Of a stretch of 64,000 bases of DNA, positions 10,521-19,895 are shown piece after piece. Made by a program: the position numbers and the translations under genes. Where the stretch lies: IMG/VR virus record IMGVR_UViG_3300032038_000001, positions 32,001-96,000 of that record. The stretch is one strand, 5' to 3'. Numbering within the stretch: position 1 is the first letter of the stretch; every line of letters begins with the position of its first letter. Under the pieces are notes generated by a model, which was not told the origin of the DNA, ran no database searches, and worked only from the letters and a program-made list of their open reading frames with translations. This DNA comes from a virus (Duplodnaviria > Caudoviricetes).

Positions 10521-11219
10521 TTATTTCTTGTTCTTCTTTTTATCTTTCTTCTTATTCTTTTTTTTATTCTTTTTTTCTTTTTTGATTTCGTTTAACAGCT
10601 GTGAGTTAAACTTATCAGAAAAAGTATCAATGTATTCAACCGAACCATCGCTTTCTATAGTTACTATAAATCGTAACTTTTTTTCTTCTTTTTCTTCATG
10701 ATATAACATTTCAACCTGATTTGCTATTATAGTAAAAAGCGTTGATATGTCATCGGATGAAACTCTTTTTCTTTTCTTTTTCTTACCACAAGTTGATGAT
10801 AAATCAGACGAATTAAACACTATAAGTGTTTCTTCGCTATTTTCTGATTTTTTTATTATATTAATTATTTTTGATACGCCTACTCCAACGGATAACCAAA
10901 ACTTAGTAGTCATATACGGTTTATATGCATATATTTTAGCATTATATACATCACAACCGTTTGCTGAATCATCATTTGAATCTGGTTCTACTCTTTCGCT
11001 GAATTCAAACAAAACATCACCGTCCTCATTTTCAGGACTATCTTCATCTGAGTCCATCGGATCCGTTAATGATACAGTTATCATTCGTTTACATTCATAG
11101 TGTTTTATTAATGAATGTAAATTCTCATCTTGCGTCTTGAGGTGCTCAATTAAAAGACCGTCACCTCTTTCATAAAATCCAGTTTCAAGATCATGTGCAA
11201 CTCTTACTTCTTCTGCCAT
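10521..11219 (-). CDS. hypothetical protein with Lys-rich tail
   Basis: ORF with AAGGA RBS in a minus-strand operon. Confidence 0.65.
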   Translation of the reverse strand: MAEEVRVAHDLETGFYERGDGLLIEHLKTQDENLHSLIKHYECKRMITVSLTDPMDSDEDSPENEDGDVLFEFSERVEPDSNDDSANGCDVYNAKIYAYKPYMTTKFWLSVGVGVSKIINIIKKSENSEETLIVFNSSDLSSTCGKKKKRKRVSSDDISTLFTIIANQVEMLYHEEKEEKKLRFIVTIESDGSVEYIDTFSDKFNSQLLNEIKKEKKNKKKNKKKDKKKNKK

Positions 11220-11234
11220 TTTTAACCATTCCTT

Positions 11235-11750
11235 TCAATAATTTAAATGTAAACGATTGATTACATCATCAACCGTTTTGTAATTTTGTTTACTATTAAA
11301 TGTATAATCATACATATAATAAAATAACTTATATGATGATATATTACAATAGTTATTATGATTTGATATACCATGGTCTTTGTGTATCAAATTCGTTGTA
11401 ATTAAATCAGTATATTTTTGATTTAATTTGTTATCAATGGTTTGCTTTATATACCAAAGTTTAAAGTATATCTTTGAATATACTTCAGTCAAATCATTTT
11501 CTTCTTTATTTGTCCCAACTATTGAAAACTCATTTCCTTTTTCATCATTAAGAGAAATAGAAACTAGTTCATTAAGACAATTATTTTTCTGATACTCGTT
11601 ATACTCTTTTTTACTAATGTATGTCTTAGTAAAAAGAAATACTTTCATATCACGTTGCTGTTTGAAAAGTTTGCTAAGCACTTTACTGTTTGTAAAAGCG
11701 TAAAGTGTAGCAAGCTTTTCTTTTTTAAAGAAAAATTTATAGATTGTCAT
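11235..11750 (-). CDS. hypothetical protein (paralog of 34146-34691)
   Basis: Shared YA.T..K.L.K.F...R.M..F...ISK.EYN.Y pattern. Confidence 0.65.
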   Translation of the reverse strand: MTIYKFFFKKEKLATLYAFTNSKVLSKLFKQQRDMKVFLFTKTYISKKEYNEYQKNNCLNELVSISLNDEKGNEFSIVGTNKEENDLTEVYSKIYFKLWYIKQTIDNKLNQKYTDLITTNLIHKDHGISNHNNYCNISSYKLFYYMYDYTFNSKQNYKTVDDVINRLHLNY

Positions 11751-12027
11751 CGCTCAACAGACCATGCCGTCTTTCTTGCATTTCTTGATACCTTTCGGTA
11801 TCATACACTGCATCACCATTTCCAGCTCTCATATCCTTGATTGCCTTTCGAATTGTTTTGATGGCCTTTTTATACTCCTTTTCGTCTATACCATCACGAA
11901 TGATATATGCGTCAAAGAGTTCTAAATACTCTTCTAAAGAGTCAGCGTCTCTATTGAGCTCATTTTGATCATACCCTTGATCAAAATGTTTTTTATTCTT
12001 CTTATTCTTTTTTCCCATTTCAATCAC
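11737..12027 (-). CDS. hypothetical early protein
   Basis: GAGGTG RBS; TATATTAT element at 12066-12073 on the minus strand. Confidence 0.65.
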   Translation of the reverse strand: MIEMGKKNKKNKKHFDQGYDQNELNRDADSLEEYLELFDAYIIRDGIDEKEYKKAIKTIRKAIKDMRAGNGDAVYDTERYQEMQERRHGLLSDDNL

Positions 12028-12136
12028 CTCATTTTTATATAATTAAAGAATAAGTATACCATAAAATAATATATAACCGTACAAGAAATCGAAAAAACAA
12101 TGGTTTAAGAAGTCTTAAATTCAAGGGAGTGAGAAC

Positions 12137-13342
12137 ATGGCTTTACTCGTTAATGAACAAAATATGATTGACCAAAACATCTTTAAATTTGAAGATAGAT
12201 TAAAATCTCCTACAGCAAGATTTTTAGACACAAGTCCAACATTTGTTACATATTATCATATAAATGTGGATGAGACAACAGTTGATGAGGGATATAAGGA
12301 TGTTGCATCAATAATTGGTTTTAGATCACCTATTAAATATAAAAAAATAGAAAATTTTCCGATGTATGGAATGGAACAAATTGTATTATCATTACAAGAA
12401 CAAGAACAAGGACTTGATACAGAATTTACTGGTGATTCTATAATTCTACCAGGAACTATAAAACCTCTGGAAAATGATTTTTTCATGATTCCTATACTTC
12501 ATGATGTATATTTATTTAGAATTACTGAAATTGCATACGATACAGTAATGCCCGATAATTTTTATAAAGTGTCATTTCAACTTGAATATATTGATCAAGA
12601 AAAAGTTGAAGCACTTGAAAAACAAGCTAACGAGCAATATACATGTATTCTTGACAATATTGGTACAGAAAATAAATGTATAATTGAAACTGGGGTAATG
12701 CAAAAGATAAAAGATATTGAAGCAATGTATAATGATATGGCTTCAACATATCTTGCATTATTTTATGATGATAGGCATAATTGTTTACTCGGGGATTTAG
12801 GATTGGGTAAAAAAATCTATGATCCCTATCAAACTGATTTTATAAACAGACATTCGTTATTTAATCAAAAGAATAATCTCAAGACAATAATACTCACAGA
12901 TCAAGTAAATGATAAGATGTTTAAGTTGAAATATGAAAAAACAGTATACAGATTTCTTGAAAGAAGAGATTATACAAGAGTAAACAATTTTAAGTATACA
13001 TATTTCCAGGGTTCATCTTATCACGAAACTACATTTTATAGATGGGCCGATGGCAATGTACAGATATTAGATATACCATCAATCATTAGTGAAAAAGATT
13101 ATGATATATTTTCAGATGAATTTGTAATGTCTATAAAGACAAATGGATTTACACAATCTAAACATGCCGAACTTATACAGGGATTTATGAGAGATAAAGC
13201 TTTATCTATTAATTCTATTCCATTAGATTTAAATGAAGAATTATATAATCTCAATAATAGTTTGGAAGTATTCTTTATAACACCGATTATAATGTATATA
13301 ATTCAAACCGTTGTTAATGATACTATACGAAATAAAATATAA
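12137..13342 (+). CDS. conserved jumbo-phage virion structural protein
   Basis: 401-aa ORF with GGGAG RBS and AACA-N6-TA at 12096-12107; structural role is inference. Confidence 0.55.
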   Translation: MALLVNEQNMIDQNIFKFEDRLKSPTARFLDTSPTFVTYYHINVDETTVDEGYKDVASIIGFRSPIKYKKIENFPMYGMEQIVLSLQEQEQGLDTEFTGDSIILPGTIKPLENDFFMIPILHDVYLFRITEIAYDTVMPDNFYKVSFQLEYIDQEKVEALEKQANEQYTCILDNIGTENKCIIETGVMQKIKDIEAMYNDMASTYLALFYDDRHNCLLGDLGLGKKIYDPYQTDFINRHSLFNQKNNLKTIILTDQVNDKMFKLKYEKTVYRFLERRDYTRVNNFKYTYFQGSSYHETTFYRWADGNVQILDIPSIISEKDYDIFSDEFVMSIKTNGFTQSKHAELIQGFMRDKALSINSIPLDLNEELYNLNNSLEVFFITPIIMYIIQTVVNDTIRNKI

Positions 13343-13385
13343 AAAAAAGACAGATTGAAGTGTTTTCTTCAATCTGTCTTTTTTA

Positions 13386-13691
13386 TTATCTAACAAGCTT
13401 GATTAATTTAAATCTGAGACTATTCATTCTATCATAGAACTCTGTCTCAGTGTTTTCATCATCAAATCCTGCATCATAAATATATTGATAACCAAGATCC
13501 ATATTTTTTGAAATCATATTAAATAAAAACTGAATATCAAGTCTTGATTTTGGTACTTTCTTCATCTTAAAATATACTGGAAATACCGCATAGAATTCCT
13601 TGTCATAATCTAGACCATATTGTTGATATAGATGTTTAAGGTCCTCATTTATTTCCATCATTTTTGATATAGTTTTTTCAATTGGTGCCAT
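13386..13691 (-). CDS. hypothetical protein (tandem paralog of 13758-14075)
   Basis: Shared N.D....Y..Y.L..D....FP....DI...N....NM.LG..Y. Confidence 0.65.
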   Translation of the reverse strand: MAPIEKTISKMMEINEDLKHLYQQYGLDYDKEFYAVFPVYFKMKKVPKSRLDIQFLFNMISKNMDLGYQYIYDAGFDDENTETEFYDRMNSLRFKLIKLVR

Positions 13692-13757
13692 ATATAGTCA
13701 CCATTCCTTTCATTTTTATTTTTCAAAATGATAATATATAAGTATTAATAAAAATAT

Positions 13758-14075
13758 TTATGTAACTTCTACAATAACAGAAAATGGATATTGGATTTTA
13801 TTTTTTATTTCATCAAGTTCTTTATGCACATTGTTATTATCAGAATATGAAAATCCTAAATTCATATTATATAAAACAACGTTATATGCGCTGTATATAT
13901 CAAATGTATTTAATGAAATTTCATTTCTAAAAAGAAAATCTGGAAACTTTTGAACAGGAACATCAAACGATAAATTATATTTTTCATACACTTTTAATAT
14001 ATCATCGTTCATTCGTTGAAATCCTTTAAGCATCGTATGAGCGCCTATTAAATCATTGATAACTCTTAGTGCCAT
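13758..14075 (-). CDS. hypothetical protein (tandem paralog of 13386-13691)
   Basis: Same pattern; AAGGAG RBS. Confidence 0.65.
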   Translation of the reverse strand: MALRVINDLIGAHTMLKGFQRMNDDILKVYEKYNLSFDVPVQKFPDFLFRNEISLNTFDIYSAYNVVLYNMNLGFSYSDNNNVHKELDEIKNKIQYPFSVIVEVT

Positions 14076-14142
14076 ATATCAATAACTCCTTTCAGTATAC
14101 AATAAAGAAGAGATAGAATACTCTATCTCTTCTTTATTTTTT

Positions 14143-14991
14143 TTATCCCTTATGAAGTACCTTACCAATTGCGGCAAGAGGACCAGATGACGATGTTGTC
14201 AGCTTCTTATAATATACCTTCATTCTCTTAGTAGCCTCAGACTTATACTTTTTAACAAGCTTAGCTCTAAGAATCTTTCTCATTCTATTTACTTTCTTAA
14301 GTTTCCTATAATCAGGATCATTATGAGCAGATGCAGAAACATTAACAGCAAGTGCAAAAAGTTGCTTCTGCTTTGCCTCCTTATCAAGACGAACAATCAT
14401 CTTCTTATTATAGTTCTTCTTTTCAGTAAACAGACCAAGGTCTGATGCCATTTCATTTATATCTGATTCAAGAAGCAGACCTTCATTTATAGCAGCCTGT
14501 ACATCCTCGGCAGATTCTATAAACTTCTTCTGTTCTTCCTTATTCATTTCATCCTTAATCAGGACAGTAGTTGCAGCAACACCCATCATGTCATCTGCTT
14601 CCTGCTCTTCCTCAGGTGAGAGTTCTACCTCGTCATCTTCATCATCAACAAGAGCATCTGCCTCATCATCAGAAAGTTCTGCGTCAAGTTCAGCTAACTC
14701 TTCGTCGCTCATTTCATCAGGATCGAAATTATCGTCATCATCATCTTCTTCTTCAGAATCTTCTGCATCAGAAACAACTCCGATGGTATCATCATCACAG
14801 TCATCTCCATATTCATTTCCACATCCATCTCCGCATTCGTTGCCGCACAGATTACCACACTCTTCAGTGTCAGGTTCTGACTGGGCATCAATATCTTCAT
14901 CTCTCATTGTATCGTCATCTTCTGATTCTGTAAAGATATTTCCCCTCTTAGAAGGAAGGGGGCTGTTAAGTAAATCTTTAAAATTACTCAT
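14143..14991 (-). CDS. virion/scaffold-like protein with acidic N-terminus and basic C-terminus
   Basis: Long D/E tract then K/R-rich domain after LFTE; AACA-N6-TA at 15026-15037. Confidence 0.55.
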   Translation of the reverse strand: MSNFKDLLNSPLPSKRGNIFTESEDDDTMRDEDIDAQSEPDTEECGNLCGNECGDGCGNEYGDDCDDDTIGVVSDAEDSEEEDDDDDNFDPDEMSDEELAELDAELSDDEADALVDDEDDEVELSPEEEQEADDMMGVAATTVLIKDEMNKEEQKKFIESAEDVQAAINEGLLLESDINEMASDLGLFTEKKNYNKKMIVRLDKEAKQKQLFALAVNVSASAHNDPDYRKLKKVNRMRKILRAKLVKKYKSEATKRMKVYYKKLTTSSSGPLAAIGKVLHKG

Positions 14992-15150
14992 TTTTATATC
15001 ATTCCTTTCGTAAATAAAAAATATTTATAGTGTTGTTTCTCGATTTAATACATACGAAGTATTAATATAATGTCTGATTTTAAAATATTAAAAATGATTG
15101 GTTTGATGACATTTGATTAACTTTCATTTTCATTAATAAATATTGAAAGG

Positions 15151-17439
15151 ATGAATTATATGAATGCAATAAATATAAAAGAGAAAAGTGATTTCATTGA
15201 TAAATATGTAAAAAAGATGACAAAAATAATGCATAAATGTAATCCTGATTGGGATAAAGATAAAATAAAAAAAGTAATATATAAAATGATAGAAGAACAG
15301 GGGATGAGCCCTGATATAAATTTGGATAATAATTATACCGGAAATAACAAAGATACTACATTGATAAGCGTATTTGATTGGATTCTTAAGACTAACCCAC
15401 TTATAGCTGGAAATGGTACATTTTATAGAAATCAAAATGAAGCATTGAATCCAATAGCTGTCATGCTTGATGAATGGGCTGCAAACAGAAAATCATACAA
15501 GAGTCAGATGTTCTCTGTTGGTGAACTTGAAGGATTTGATAGTTATCACTATTCAGAACTTGATAGATTACAACTTAATGAAAAAATAAACATGAATTCA
15601 TGGTATGGTGGTTCAGGTGCACCATCTGCGGCATTTTATTCTAAATGGAGTGGTCCTGCAACTACATTAACTGCTCAATCGGTTATTTCTACAGCGGAAA
15701 CTACATTTGAAGCATTTCTTGCTGATAACTATGTGTTTTTAAATCTCACTGAATTAATGGAATGGATACAAATAGTACTTTCCGAAGAATGCGAGATAGA
15801 TAAATGGGTCGAACACAAATCCATTGATGATGTAATGGGAAGACTTAGTAAATCTATTTTACAGCCTGAATATAATGATGAAGATATTTTATATTCATTC
15901 TTAAGTTCTTTAAGTGATGAAGACTTAACAAGATTATATTATAAAAATAATATGATAGAATTTATTAATAATCATGAATTTATTCAAGATATTATAAAAA
16001 CAATTTTTTCATCTGTTGAAAATCTTGAACATGTTGACGAAAAAGATAGTGAGTGGTTAAATAAAATACCAGATCATTATTATAATGATTTTATTAATAA
16101 AAGTGCTCATGACTGGAATAAGTTTGTCAATAAACAATATTTCATGGATCCTAATAGCCCCCCTAAAAGTATTAAAGATATACTATCAGTTTTATCTGAC
16201 TATTTAATGAAATATTGTTATGTCAGATACTTATCTGTAGATAGAATTTATAGACTAAGAAATTTTCAAAGAAGAGTTGTAACAGTTATTGATACAGATT
16301 CAAACTTTTTATCTCTCGATACTTTAATTAATTTTATCTTTGATAAAATAGTTAAAGATGAGACATATGGAAGAGATACTGAATATAACCAGTTTATTAT
16401 TGTCAATACAATAACTTTTACTATTACTAACGTAATAAAAGATATGTTTGAATATTATGGTAAATGCGCAAATATTCCCGAAGAGTATAGACCAAGATTT
16501 GACATGAAAAATGAATTTTTCAATACACTTCTTGTAATCGGTAAAGCTAAAAAAAGATATATATCCAAACAGAGACTTCGTGAGGGAAATCTTTTAGTTC
16601 CATCAAAATCAGATATTAAAGGTTTTGATTTGAAAAAAGCATCAACATCTGAATATGCAGAAAAAATATTTATGAAATTAATTAATGATCATATTCTAAA
16701 TTCTGATACTATAGAATTAAGAGAAATGATTAAAGGTATAAAACAATTTAAGGAAGATATAAAAGATTCTATTCTTAGAGGTGAGAGAACTTTCTTACCC
16801 AATGGTAGTGCTAAAGAACTTGGTGCATATAAAGACCCAGGAACAAGTCAAAGCGTACGTGGTGCTTTAACATGGAATCTTCTTTATCCTGATAATACCA
16901 TTGATTTCCCGTCTAAAGTTAGTCTTGTTAAAATGAATATATTTAAGGAAGAAGATATAGAAGATTTAAGAGATAAAGAACCTGATATATATAATAAGAT
17001 TATCAATGGAGTATTTAATGATACAACAGGAATATTTGTTACTAAATCATGGGATAATGGCATAGACTATGTTAATCCAAAGAAAAAGAAATGGTATGAT
17101 GATATTCCAAATAAATATAAGACAAAATATAAAAAACTTGGACCACAGGCATGGAATGAATTTGTAGATAAATTCTTGGAAGAAAATAATAGTCCTGAAA
17201 AAATAAAAGGAAACTGGATATATAAGAAAAAAGGATTACAGGTTTTGGCAATACCTAGTAACGCAACAATACCCGAATGGGCATTACCATATATAGATTA
17301 CAGTACAATGATAAATAATATTATTGCACCATTTGAACCAGTCCTTGAAATCTTTGGAGCACAGTTTACGGAAGAAGGAAAGACTAAAAACGGTGTTAAT
17401 AGAAAAACTAATACAATAACAAATATTATAAAATTTTAA
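15151..17439 (+). CDS. family B DNA polymerase, split phiKZ/AR9-type subunit
   Basis: KINMNSWYG (motif B), DTDS (motif C), KKRY, KG; motif A and exonuclease motifs not seen. Confidence 0.88.
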   Translation: MNYMNAINIKEKSDFIDKYVKKMTKIMHKCNPDWDKDKIKKVIYKMIEEQGMSPDINLDNNYTGNNKDTTLISVFDWILKTNPLIAGNGTFYRNQNEALNPIAVMLDEWAANRKSYKSQMFSVGELEGFDSYHYSELDRLQLNEKINMNSWYGGSGAPSAAFYSKWSGPATTLTAQSVISTAETTFEAFLADNYVFLNLTELMEWIQIVLSEECEIDKWVEHKSIDDVMGRLSKSILQPEYNDEDILYSFLSSLSDEDLTRLYYKNNMIEFINNHEFIQDIIKTIFSSVENLEHVDEKDSEWLNKIPDHYYNDFINKSAHDWNKFVNKQYFMDPNSPPKSIKDILSVLSDYLMKYCYVRYLSVDRIYRLRNFQRRVVTVIDTDSNFLSLDTLINFIFDKIVKDETYGRDTEYNQFIIVNTITFTITNVIKDMFEYYGKCANIPEEYRPRFDMKNEFFNTLLVIGKAKKRYISKQRLREGNLLVPSKSDIKGFDLKKASTSEYAEKIFMKLINDHILNSDTIELREMIKGIKQFKEDIKDSILRGERTFLPNGSAKELGAYKDPGTSQSVRGALTWNLLYPDNTIDFPSKVSLVKMNIFKEEDIEDLRDKEPDIYNKIINGVFNDTTGIFVTKSWDNGIDYVNPKKKKWYDDIPNKYKTKYKKLGPQAWNEFVDKFLEENNSPEKIKGNWIYKKKGLQVLAIPSNATIPEWALPYIDYSTMINNIIAPFEPVLEIFGAQFTEEGKTKNGVNRKTNTITNIIKF

Positions 17440-17532
17440 AAAAAATAGGGCATGATACTTCTATATCATGCCCTATTAGATTTTATAATAAAAAATCATT
17501 TATATATAAACAAAATTATAGCAATGAATTAC

Positions 17533-17605
17533 GCGTCATTAGCTCATCTGGCAGAGCACAAAACTTTTAATTTTGGGGTACGGGGTTCGAGTCCCCGATG
17601 ACGCA
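17533..17605 (+). tRNA. tRNA-Lys(TTT)
   Basis: GCGTCAT/ATGACGC acceptor stem, CAAAA-CTTTTAA-TTTTG anticodon arm, GTTCGAG T-loop; no encoded CCA. Confidence 0.93.
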
Positions 17606-17609
17606 TTAA

Positions 17610-17695
17610 GGAGAAGTACCCAAGTGGTTGAAGGGTCTGGTCTTGAAAACCAGTAGGCTGTAACAGGTGCAAGGGTTCGAATCCCTTCTTCTCCG
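17610..17695 (+). tRNA. tRNA-Ser(TGA)
   Basis: GGAGAAG/CTTCTCC acceptor stem, CTGGT-CTTGAAA-ACCAG anticodon arm, long variable arm. Confidence 0.93.
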
Positions 17696-17747
17696 TTATT
17701 AATAATATATAAGCCGCTGTGGTGGAATAGGCAGACACAAGGGACTT

Positions 17748-18390
17748 TAAAACTAATTTATATTGGATATTTATATTTTTTTTTGAAAAGGAATGAAATA
17801 TATGAAGATAGATAATATGTATATCTATGTGAATCAGAAAGATCATAGGGTAAGAGCCTATTATAAAGATTCAAATGGTAAATTACATACTAAATCATAT
17901 CCAAGAATTTTAATGGAAAAGAAATTGGGCAGACCATTAAAGCCATATGAAGATGTTCATCATATAGATGGTAATCCTGAAAATAATTCTTTAGAAAATC
18001 TAGAGATAAAGATTCATGGCAAACATCAAAAAGAACATAATCACAAGAAATATAAACCTAAGAAACATAAATGCGATCTATGTGGTAAAAAATTCACATG
18101 GTCTGTTAATGCTCAAAGGTTTCATGCTAGGTGGTTAAGAAAAGGTATTAAAAACCTATTCTTTGTTCCAAGCATTGTATTGGTACATATGGTAAACAAG
18201 AGCAGATTAGAAGGAATTCTAATGCTGAATGACAGCTAAACGGTGAAGCCTTTCCCAATGGTAACGCCGTGCCAAATACTTTTTAAAGTATGTGCGTAGA
18301 GACTTTACGCTGTCTATCCAGAACGGATAAAGACAAAGTCCAGACCACAAACATAAGTTTTTTTATGGCAGTGAAAACTGTAGTGGTAAG
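17748..18390 (+). mobile_element. group I intron in tRNA-Leu anticodon
   Basis: Follows U and ends in G; P3 GACAGC/GCTGTC, P7 GACTTT/AAAGTC, R-like GTAGAGACT, S-like AAGACAAAGTCC. Confidence 0.9.
17793..18239 (+). CDS. intron-encoded HNH homing endonuclease, apparently frameshifted near 18150
   Basis: MEKKLGRPL...VHHIDGNPENNSLENL...H HNH motif; CDLC zinc half-site, with CSKHC in the -1 frame. Confidence 0.85.
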   Translation: MKYMKIDNMYIYVNQKDHRVRAYYKDSNGKLHTKSYPRILMEKKLGRPLKPYEDVHHIDGNPENNSLENLEIKIHGKHQKEHNHKKYKPKKHKCDLCGKKFTWSVNAQRFHARWLRKGIKNLFFVPSIVLVHMVNKSRLEGILMLNDS

Positions 18391-18487
18391 AAAATCCCTC
18401 GGTAGCAATATCGTACGAGTTCAAGTCTCGTCAGCGGCATTATCAAAATAAAAAAATATTTTTTTTATTTTGTATAAACATTATATT

Positions 18488-18858
18488 AATGGGAATAAAA
18501 AAATCCCATGAAGATAACACTGTGGGTGAGAGAGCTAATAAAGCACAATGCAGCTTATCAGAATTTAGAATTGCAGCAACGGGTGCGTGAAGCTCAACAA
18601 CAAAAATCCATCTGCAGTAGAGCCGCATACCATGCGGTAATTTATCAAATAGGCGGCAGCCGACCTTGTAGATAAGGTATACGCACTGAGTATAAAATCG
18701 ATGTACAGAGAAGTTGAAAAGGTCATATAAACAGATAACGTACGAATCGGTTGGACTCTGAGTAAATGTATGCGTTGATCTCGTGCGATAAATAACGCCG
18801 CCTTTAAAAAATAATTTATTTTATATAAATGAGTGAGTGGTTATTAACCACTCACTCA
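18488..18858 (+). ncRNA. candidate structured ncRNA A
   Basis: Lies between AACA-N6-TA (18477-18488) and terminator hairpin (18830-18858); GC-rich relative to flanks; AGGCGGC/GCCGCCT long-range stem. Confidence 0.5.
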
Positions 18859-18920
18859 ATTTCCCATTTCATAAAACAAATATATAAAAAATTTTTTATT
18901 AGAAAGGATTGATTTTTATT

Positions 18921-19277
18921 ATGAATAAGAACTATCAGGGTTCAGTAAGATTTATTGATGATGAATCGTTACTTACTGAGTCATTTGGTATGACCGGAGA
19001 TATTGTATTTGTAATAGTTCCTGGCAAAACTACGACAACCGAAAAATATGTCAAGGCATCATCTACAACATCAGGTGCTCTTAAAGTTGTAGCTAATGAT
19101 GCTGATCCTTTTGATTCTACAACACAGATCAAGATTGGTGATGTTTCATCGGATGTCGAGGGTGTTGAAGTTGGTGACTATGTAGTAAAGAAAGAAATTT
19201 CTACTACAACTCCTGCAACATCTTCAGCAGCATATGTAAAACTTGATAAGGAATGGATTGCATTCCCAACTGCTTAA
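18921..19277 (+). CDS. small late/virion protein
   Basis: GAAAGGA RBS, AACA-N6-TA at 18875-18886, Thr/Ser-rich. Confidence 0.65.
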   Translation: MNKNYQGSVRFIDDESLLTESFGMTGDIVFVIVPGKTTTTEKYVKASSTTSGALKVVANDADPFDSTTQIKIGDVSSDVEGVEVGDYVVKKEISTTTPATSSAAYVKLDKEWIAFPTA

Positions 19278-19296
19278 AAAATATACTAATAAATAA

Positions 19297-19340
19297 AAAA
19301 GATGAACTAGGAGAAATTTATTCTCCTAGTTCATCTTTTA
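19297..19340. terminator. bidirectional intrinsic terminator
   Basis: AAAAGATGAACTAGGAGAA...TTCTCCTAGTTCATCTTTT inverted repeat. Confidence 0.8.
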
Positions 19341-19451
19341 AAGTAGACAGGGTTGCATACACATTTATGGGCTTTTGAGCATATTCAACATTAATTTTAT
19401 GTTCATATAAAAAAAGTGAATTATTTTTTTATTTTACTACAACATATAATT

Positions 19452-19865
19452 AATAGAATTTCCATGTTAGAGTGTTAATAGTTAACTCTATTCACCGTTG
19501 GAGATCTAGTAAGTGCCGCATGAACCTATACAACGGTTGAGCGTGACGAACAAGTTCGGTGTACAAACCGTATCAGTTGACGCAACCTGAGCGGCGATTC
19601 CTAGACAGCGCAGCTATAGTGAATAATTCAAGTCTCAGAACATGTTGGAGATAGCATTGAGTATCAGTATACAAGTCTATGATCATATGATAGCTAGTCG
19701 TGGTATTTTCATACCTTTCGAAGGCGTCAGTGGAGGACTATGTTACTTGAGAAAGACGAAGGAGATGTGTTAAAGAGATTTTAAATGCGCTGTCTTTTGA
19801 AAATTATTTATCTTTATTATAAAAATATGTGAGAGTGAGGATTTCCTCACTCTCACATATTTTTT
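19452..19865 (+). ncRNA. candidate large structured ncRNA B
   Basis: Lies between AACA-N6-TA (19441-19452) and terminator (19825-19865); many nested and crossing helices incl. AGACAGCGCA/TGCGCTGTCT; no ORF >=60 aa. Confidence 0.65.
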
Positions 19866-19895
19866 TATTATCTATACTATTACATGTTTTGATAT

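Larger units (their letters stand above)
17713..18439 (+). tRNA. tRNA-Leu(TAA) split by a group I intron (exons 17713-17747 and 18391-18439)
   Basis: GCCGCTG/CAGCGGC acceptor stem; joined exons give AGGGA-CTTAAAA-TCCCT and an 84-nt class II tRNA. Confidence 0.92.

Noticed and set aside
10521-11219. Second degenerate macrodomain
   Set aside because: Only a vague resemblance; cannot be supported without a profile search
17544-17846. Minus-strand ORFs over tRNA genes (also 59489-59695)
   Set aside because: Antisense to clear tRNAs
18488-18810. tmRNA (frame ANKAQCSLSEFRIAATGA* resembles a tag) or group II intron fragment (GTGCG, GAGCCGCATAC)
   Set aside because: No tRNA-like acceptor or T-arm ends, and the putative domain V is too short and lacks the bulge
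19452-19800. RNase P RNA
   Set aside because: AGTGCCGCA is reminiscent, but the universal GAGGAAAGTCC and 3' P4 strand are missing
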